DNA of 48,104 nt, taken from Cercozoa sp. M6MM. Its lineage: Eukaryota; Protista; Endomyxa: Ascetosporea. This document shows positions 36,801 through 45,100 of this stretch, piece by piece; positions within the stretch are counted from its first letter, which is position 1; the number at the start of each line of letters is the position of its first letter. The notes under the pieces are model-generated. The model saw nothing but the letters and a program-made list of their open reading frames with translations, did no database searches and was not told where the DNA came from. The stretch is from the NCBI GenBank assembly GCA_040357565.1, contig JBDODJ010000079.1, one strand, 5' to 3'. Position numbers and translations under genes: made by a program.

Positions 36801-39800
36801 CCGTGCTGACTGATCTGTTGGCACGTGCCACTGTTCTGTGCGCGGCCCTGCTCGCTACGAGACCCGACGACACGCAGGTCAGGAGGTACCCCCTACCCCT
36901 TGCCTCCTACCCCCTACCCCCAACCCTCCACCCCCACCCCCTAGCCCTTACCCCCACCCCTACCTTACCCCCTACCCCTTACCCCTACCCCCTGGGGGCA
37001 GTGTGCTGATGCAGGCGTCGCACGTGTGCCAGCGAGTGCTGCGACACTCGCACTCTCTGCGTGCCGACCTGATCGATCGCGTGTTGGACACGTGCTGGTA
37101 CCTTGTGCACTGACTGGACACGTGGGACTGACTGGGTGACTGACTGGGTGACACGTGTCCTGTGTGACTGCTGCAGTCAGGTGGCGCAGCAGGAGAACGC
37201 GCGTGTCAGTCCACTCGACCTGCCACTGGTACTACCCCCTCCCCCTACCCCCCCCCCCGGCCCCCGTGCCCCCTACCCCCAGGTGAAACTGCTGCTGCTG
37301 GGCGATCTGGCCTCGGTGGACGACATCGCCGACGCTGCTCCGTACACTCTAGTTTCCTTTTACGGCGCTGTTTAGGGGCCCCCCCCCCAGTCGCATGTGC
37401 TTCGTGAGCGCGAGTGGCGTGCTGGCGCGTTGGCACGTGCGCGCGGAGAGGACGGTGCCGTCGCACGCGACGGTGGCGCTGCAGCAGACGGTGCAGCTGA
37501 TCGATCGGCTGAGTGCGCACGTGAGTGAGCACGTGAGTGAGCACGTGGTGCCACTGACGACGCAGCAGGAGTGGCTGCTGGTGCGGGCGCGACTGCGGCG
37601 CGACACGTGGCTGCCGCTGCTGTGTGCGCACATGGATGACACCGTCAGTGATGACGACACCGTCAGTGATGACGACGGTGCCACTGATGATACCGTCAGT
37701 GTGCGTCAGTGGCTGGCACGTGTCCTCAGTGGCCTCGTGCGGCGGCAACCGTCGCTGGCCGCGGCGGTGCTGGAGGTGGCCCTGCCGCCGCTGCAGCGAC
37801 TGCCGTCGGAGCGGCCGTGGCACCACGTGTGCCGCCAGGGTGGACACGTGTCCCGCCACGTGGCGCACGTGCTGCTGCCGCGACTGCAGGCCACGGCGAC
37901 GGTGCTGCAGACGGCGGCACGTGCGCAGTGCGACGCTGCAGCACCGCTACTCACGGGCCGACTGGACGCACTGGTGGACTTCCTGGGCCACGTGCCCTCG
38001 CTGCTGCACGTGCTGCACGTATCCACTGGGCCCGGTCACAGTCCCAGTCACAGTCCCAGTCACAGTCCCAGTCGTTCTACCAGTGACACTGACGACACTG
38101 ACGATGCAGAGCACGTGGGCGACCCGCAGGCACTGCTGTCGGTGCACCGGTACCTCGTGCAGGTGTGCCAGCTGGTCTGCAGGCTGCCACTGACGCGTGA
38201 GGTGACTCCCCTACCCCCCCCCGATCCTCTTTCCCCCCCGACCCTCTTTCCCCCCCCCCCCCCCTCCTCCGACAGTACGTGACGCAAGTGGCGGCGTGGC
38301 TGCAGGCGTGGCACGCGACGGCGCGACTGACGCCGCTGTGGCCGCAGCTGCTGCGCCGACTGGGCGACCTGCGCGACCGTGCCAGTCAGCTGTACAGTTA
38401 CTGATCCAAGTGTTGATCCCTATTGATCCCAGTGTTGATCCCTATTGATCCCAGTGTTGATCCCTATTGATCCCAGTGTTGATCCCTATTGATCCCACTC
38501 TGACTGGGGAGTGATCATTTGTCTGTGTGACTGCACAGGCAACTGCTGCTGCCGTCGGCCTTGGCGGTGGCCGTGTCCATCACCCAGTGCGACCGCGCTC
38601 TGCCTCGCAGCGACTGGGTGCAGCAGGTGTGCTTGCCTCCTTCCCCTACCCCCTTAACCAACTACTCCCTTAACTAATTACTCCCTTAACTAATTACCCC
38701 CTTATCCAACTACCCCCTTAACCAACGACCCCCTTTACCAACTATCTCCTTACCCCCCAGGTGCACGAGCTGACGCAGCAGGTGGCGCAGGTGTCATCAC
38801 CAACGCCACCGATCGGTGTCTCCGATGATCCTGACGGTGTGGCTGCCGATGCTGACGGTGCCACCGAGATCAGCGACGGTATGGCAGGCAGCCGCGCGGA
38901 CCGGCAGCACTACCTGTTGCCGGACATGTGGCTCCCGCTGGATCACGTACTGTGGCTGCCGCGGCACCCGCAGTACGTCGCCCTGACGCAGGTACAGATC
39001 TCGACCTACCCATCGATCACTGATCGATCACTTTTGATCACCTGCGATCACTGATCGATCAGCTGTATTGTCTGTAGGCTGCACTGGACCTGCTGGACGC
39101 CGTGCGCGCGAGCGGCGACTGCGCGGCGCAGTTCGCGTGCTACCTGCCGCTGTACCTGCTGCTGAGTCACCGGCCGTCCGCGCGGACGCCTGGCGCTGCC
39201 GTCGGTGACCCTTCCGCTGATGCGTCCGCGGATGCGTCCGCGCGGACGGCGCCGGTGGAGTCTCTGCGTGCGCGCGCACGCCGTGGCACTCGGCGCGTGC
39301 TGCGAACAGTGGCACGGGCACTGCACCGTGCCTACGACGGTTTCGGCGACGGTGACGGTTCCAGTGACGGTGACGGTGACGGTTCCAGTGACGGTGCGGC
39401 GATCACTGAGTTGGCACGTGTGAACCGCACGTTCTACGGCGTGCTGGTGCTGTGCAATCGCATCGCGCTGCAGCCGGCCTACGAGGGCGTGCGCGACTCG
39501 TGCCTGCTGTTCCGCGCGGACGTCGACGACACCGACATTGACGGTGACAGCAGCAGTGACGGCGACACAGTGACAGACGGTGACACGAACGGTGACACTG
39601 ATGACCATAGCGATGGCGATGATACTACACAGGACACCGACGTCGGCCTGCACGTGCTGATTCGACAGGTGGCGCTGGCCGATGCCTTCCTGGCCACGCG
39701 TGCCTCGGGGTAGTGTCCCCCTTTACCCCCCCCCCTTTACCCTTGGCCCCCCCCCCTACTTCCCTACCCTGCTTACCCCCTCTCCTCCGTCCCCAGCGTG

Positions 39801-40826
39801 CCCCTGCTGGAGGAACTGCTGCGGTACCAGTTGCACTGCCTGGAGCAGTCGCTGGACTGGACGGGCGATCACTACAGGTGACCACTTTGACTGACCAGTG
39901 ACCAGCCACATGACTGCACTGTGTGACTGGACTGATGTCTGTGGACTGACTGGTGCACGTGTGTGTGTGCTGTGCAGGAGGTTCATTTCGCACGGTCTGA
40001 TGGACGTGCTGGGCGGCGGCGTGTGTGCCATCTCGCCCTTTGGTCAGTCTCTGCCGGGTCAGTCTCCCTCTCCGCCGGGTCAGTCCGCGGGTCAGAGCGA
40101 ACAAGCGTGTTCGCTGCTGAGTGCCACGTGCCAGGCGACAGTGCGACGGTGGCAGCGACGCGTGCAGCGAGAGCCGCCGCAGGTGCGACGGTTCCACACC
40201 GAGACACGCGGCGGCACGTGCGGCGGCCCCGCGCTGCCGCTGCTGGACGACGTGCTCCGCGCGGCTGCGCAACTCGACCAGTCTCTGCAACAACAGCAAG
40301 AACAACAACAACAAGAACAACAAGAGGTCACTCTGTCGGAGCGACACATGTGTCTGCTCTTTCTGCAGCAGCTCCTGGCCGAGCATGTCATTGTGGTAGA
40401 GCTTTACCCTCCTAGCCTTCTAACCCTACCCCCTACCCCTACCCCGCCCCCTCGCAGGTGCAAGACTTGCTCGACGGGCCGGTGCGTGATTTGGCCTCAT
40501 TCGCCGATGCCATGGATGGTACTTCTGACCCTGTTTGCCCCCCTCCATAACCCCCCTTCCCTTAGTGTGCGACGATAACGACACAGAGGCGGGCGTGTTA
40601 GTTTCGCAGGAACCTCCGCGCGGACACGAGACGCAGCAGGCGCCGTCGCTACAGTCGCTGCACGAGGCACAGGTGTCTGCTGACCCTCGTGTGTATCTGT
40701 CGTCTTGGTTATTTACTGCTGTGTTGGGGGCAGAACGACGCGCGCGAGTTGTTCCGTCAGGCCAAGGGTCACTACCCTACCGACGACCTCGAACTCGCCA
40801 TGTTCCTCTCCATGCAGGCGCAGTAG
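25360..40826 (+). CDS. Very large ubiquitin-specific protease (peptidase C19), USP9/USP24/USP34-like, dozens of exons, C-terminal UIM-like motif
   Basis: Cys box VGLHNFGCTCYMNALLQQLF (~30464-30523), QEDAHEFFSELLD, GGEFSNELIG, LVQGELLDGDNCFRCDECAK, LKRF, ELDMRPYT, His box YRLTGVLTHSGIAGGGHYYSYV...WLLFDD, and SAYMLFY. Long helical N- and C-terminal regions. Ends DDLELAMFLSMQAQ*. A 100-N gap lies in an intron; the start codon is approximate. Confidence 0.88.
27437..27536. other. Assembly gap (100 N)
   Basis: N-run inside a C-rich repetitive intron; the flanking exons are phase-compatible. Confidence 0.99.
29035..30431 (+). repeat. Cluster of three introns filled with C-rich (TTACCCCCCATC / GTTTACCCCCCT / TTCCTATTTAC) minisatellites
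   Basis: Seen directly at ~29035-29270, 29531-29798 and 30061-30431. Confidence 0.9.
30606..31074 (+). repeat. AT-rich (TATAG/TATA) repeat intron
   Basis: Seen directly. Confidence 0.85.
31335..32001 (+). repeat. Three consecutive introns with AAAGCTTT / GATTTCGAAATTC minisatellites
   Basis: GCTTTGATTTCGAAATTCCC ~20-mer tandem (~31550-31660) and GAAAGTGAAAGCTTT tandem (~31800-31990). Confidence 0.9.
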
Positions 40827-41429
40827 TGAACGACGTTCCGCAGTTCAGTCGTGTTTATTACTTGTATATATACTCGTATGCTACGAAACGATATTCTCGC
40901 TCCATCCGGCCAGCCAGGTCTGTCTGAGTTCTCGTCTGGTGTTCCGCGCGGGAGAAAGTTGTTCACTTTGCTAACCTCCTTACCCTGTGCTCGGTAGACT
41001 TTGCTTCTCTGAGCGCCTACTAGACGAAGTTCTGGACCACATGTAGTCACGAGATAAGTCGCTTCAAGAGCAAAACGCTCAACTTGTCGAGCTTGCTCAT
41101 TCTCAGTCACACCTTTAGGCGCAGTGCTCTCAATTCCACGAAAAAGTGAACCAGCGGTTCTCTCATTCAGAGAGTGGCACTACTGCCCACGCCAAACTTG
41201 AAGACACATCCGCCCGAGATACTGTCTGACTTCTATCTACTGTACGCGAGCATGTTCAACTTGAAGAGGAAATCCAGTCGCGAGAAAAACTCGGTTCCAA
41301 GATTCACACAGAGTGCTTCAAAGCCCCGGAGGCGTTGAATCGCTCTTTGAACTTCTTCACAATTTCAGGTTCCCCATTCCCTTGGTAGAGTTGGAAACGT
41401 TGGCAACACTACATTCTCATGGTCAGAAG

Positions 41430-41700
41430 TCGTTATTCGCAGCGTCGGTCTTATCATTACCGCGTTCTGACCTTCCCTTTGTCCTCGCTTTTGACGCAAG
41501 CGACACTGCGACGAGGTACGTCCTGATGCAGCATCACGAGGACGACTACTTGCATCCCTGAGCATTTGGCCATCAGTTTTATGAATAAAACATCATGCTT
41601 TTTTAAGCGACCACTCATGATCACTCAAAGCAACCGACCACTTGAGATGCAACTTAGAGACTCTAGCTCCGGCAGGAGGAATACCAACAGTGATCGATGC
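41430..41700 (+). mobile_element. Degenerate Ty3/Gypsy LTR-retrotransposon pol fragment (RT connection / RNase H)
   Basis: ASVLSLPRSDLPFVLAFDASDTATRYVLMQ...LHP*AF resembles the Gypsy pattern APVLxxPDxxxPFxLxTDASxxxxGAVLxQ...LxPVAF. It has an in-frame stop and decays downstream. Confidence 0.7.
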
Positions 41701-42101
41701 CAATGAGCGTGAACTCGCTCCCGGTAGGGTTTGCTAGCTCGCCTGCGTTTGAGTCCGAGTCGCATAAGTTTACAAACTATATCGATCTTGCTATAAATTA
41801 CAACGAGTTCAGTTGCAAAGAGCAGTTGACAGCACGCTCGAAGGGGCAAGCGACGACTCCAAGCTGCAAGCGTTCTCTTCTCTAAGAGTATTACACATAA
41901 TTAGTTCCTGTAACTGTTTATGAATTCGCAATCAAATCAAAATATAGACATCCTCGAACTCAAGCTCCAGCTTCGAGCCATGCATCGATTTCTTTTGTGG
42001 TAGTTTAGTTTACGTCAACTAAGTTCAACATGCAAAATTGACTGCTAGGGCATGAAGTCGTCGTCCGCACAGACTGCAGGCGAGATACTATACTGTGGGC
42101 G

Positions 42102-45100
42102 ATGGATTCTTTAGATGTCCCTACCCCCCCCCGCGACATCAATGCCGAACGTGCTCCGAGATGGCACTGCAGCCAGCAATCGATATCATGCAGTTTTGTC
42201 AATTTCAAGTTTCTCGGCGAGATCTTTCGATTCTTTTTGCAGAAAAACCCGAAAGGACCTGCGCGGTTTTGCTGTCGATTCCGCATGCTATAACGGTGCT
42301 GCCAACTTGGTTCTACGCTCCAGTATTGTGACATTCGCTGTCACCGCGTACCTTGAGTGCAGTACCTTGTAATTTAGGTCCATAATTTACGCAGCAACAC
42401 TGACGCGAAAGCGACGCGAAGACGAGGAGTTCACCGAAGCTGCAAGTGACAGTGAGATCAAGCGCGTGTGTTGTCTAGCCGCGAATGTGTTTCTAGGCGA
42501 CGTAGGTTCAGTTTATCCGACAAACTTTGCCGTCCCTGCTGCGATATATTTATCGTTTCCTTATACATGTAGACATACCGTCGAAACCACTGTTCAGTTG
42601 TTTTTAGTTGTTTTGATTCGTTCCACTGCTGGTCCATTAATAGAACATGGTTCGCTGGAGTGTTGTGTTAGTGATTGGAAGGTGCAGTTCAAAAAACGCG
42701 AACGGTCAGATGATCCCGGTGGAACGGTCAGATGATCCCGGTGGAACGCACAGTGGAATGACGGTGCGATTTTAGCAAAAACTTATATTGCTCAAGCAGA
42801 CCTACTTAGAGGTTGTGGTGACGATATCACAGTACCAGAAAGGTAACCTGGACATGGGCCAGCGCGTGGGCGAGTTAAGGTACTTGTACAAATCTCGCAA
42901 CCAAGTAATATCCAGCGCGATCACATTTTGCGCAGTTGGCTCTCGTGGCTCCAAGGCCGGGTCGGCAAGCTCGACCGCCGCCAACGTAAGAACACATTCG
43001 CACTGCTTGGTATGCTGCGTTTGGCGCAGTGTATCAGCGACGAGAAGTCGCAGCGACCGGTCCATCTGGCCGAAGCTTTGATGTTTGTGTCGGTGGACTG
43101 GACTGCCTTGGACACGGAGATGAGTGAGTCCAGTGGACCTGCTCTTATAAACTACGAGCGCGCTCTAACAGCGGACAACTACCAGCCCAAGGCGCGCGCC
43201 TTTTTGCTGGCCGCCTTCAACGTTTACCGCATGACGGTCGCCTCTGTCGGAGCAGAACTGAGCACGGAGAGACTGCTGACAATGACGCAGAGAACAATTC
43301 AGTTGGATCAGTTCTGTCGTAGTGGTGAAGACTCAAACACTGACCAGTTGGGCCCTCTGCTATTGCTGGTGGTGCAAGTGTTTGGACAGCGCCACCTGCA
43401 GGACGCTGTAACACAGGATGGTTGCCTCGACGGACTCTTAACTGTGTTCAACGACTCCTTCGTCAAGCTCGACGACAATGAGGTACTGCTTCAGGACACA
43501 GATACTGTACACATTTTGCAATAGTGTCGGAGTAGCTGATGGGTTGGATACCGTTGCTCCTGATCTGGGGCATGCCACTATGCTTCAATGGCGCCGAGTT
43601 CGACCTGCTGCTGAGTTCGCTGTGGGAACGATCGGACGTGCGACCCCTCGTGTTCCGCTGTTGGAACATTATGGCGCGTGTTCTGTCTGAACACACCGAC
43701 CGACAACTTGCGACGTTGCCCAAGGAACTGATACAGAGTCACATAGTACTCTATGCTGGTAGCGAAAACTACAGCTTCATAAAAGTATGTCTGCACTTCG
43801 AGTTCTGTACTATAGGTACGCTGAACAAATGCAGCGACATTGTCGAAGCTTTAGACAATGAGCTTGCCGATAACTTGAACAAAAATGAGGTATTGGATGT
43901 AGAGATTGCCCAAGGGTAAAACGGTACAAAACGAATGCTCAGTTGCGCCGCCTGTTTGCGTGCTGTCGGACGCTGTGCGAGAGTGTTCTGTCACTGTGTC
44001 GCTTTGGCGAAAATTACGCTTCTGTTACTTGCATGCTGCGCGACCTTCTTCGCATACGCTACCCTCTGTGTGTTCTTCTTTAAGTATATACTGACATATT
44101 CTGTACAAACGATACATATACTTATAAGAATACGGTGTAGATATGTGTGTGTGTGTGTTGTTGCAGTCTAGGTCGTGAAACAGCGGGAATAAACTACAGA
44201 ATGTTCCGAGAAGAGTTCTTAGACCTCGCGGTCGAGGTGCTCGACTCTGACTTGAAGTTGAATGTCGACCCGATGGCATTAAATGTGGACTGTCCGCTGG
44301 CATCTCCGTTCTTGCGAAAAGTCGCACCGATCGCCGCCCTCATTTTTGAATGCTTGGACAATAATGTAAATTACCTTTCTTATTTGAATGCTATCATTTG
44401 AGGTGCTTGAATTTGAGGTATTTCAGTTTTAGATTTTAGTTCACTGGTGTGCAGGTCATTGAAACTCATGACGTTCCCTACATGAGCTATGTGCTCCGCA
44501 GCACGGGGTTCCTTCCCAGTCTAACCTCGAGTGTCGATATTAAGCAAGTGCTGACACGAATGCAATCGACACTGTCACTTCTGTTCTCTCGGTACAGCAC
44601 CCTTTAGTTTATCATGGCACCCTGACACAAGTGAATTCAATAGACGCGCATGGTCTTATGTCGGAATGGGTGCCACAACAGGATTTCCGACCTTTCCATC
44701 GGTACCGATCTACCGGTAAGTGTGTTGCTTTAGTTATGCTGTTGCATTTCAGTCTCTGATAATTCCGGGCGACGATTCGCGTCCAGACTTCACATGGCGG
44801 GAGGACGCTGTGGTTCCTGCACTGATGGTTTGTCCAATCTGCAAAAATACATGTGTTTGATTAGGCACTGGCAAGATTGCACACCTTCTGGCGTACTCAA
44901 CTTTTGCTTACCTTCACACCTGTGTTTATGACCCTCACTAACACAGACAGTGTCGAAGCCAACAAGTTGCAGAACGAGTCGATCACTTGGGTATAAATTA
45001 TACACACACATTGTTTCATTCAACGTGAATGTGCTCGCAACTTCTTCTGCCTGACAGATGCCAATCTCACCTATTGGAGATCAAGAGAAATGGAGTGCCT

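Noticed and set aside
38400-38500. 22-bp tandem repeats here and at 42700-42748 as CRISPR-like arrays
   Set aside because: Head-to-tail with no unique spacers, no cas genes, and a eukaryotic context.
27000-40600. Many long overlapping or antisense ORFs, and Pro-rich ORFs such as YPP/LPP repeats
   Set aside because: Shadows of GC-rich exons and read-through of C-rich introns; the spliced + strand USP model explains them.
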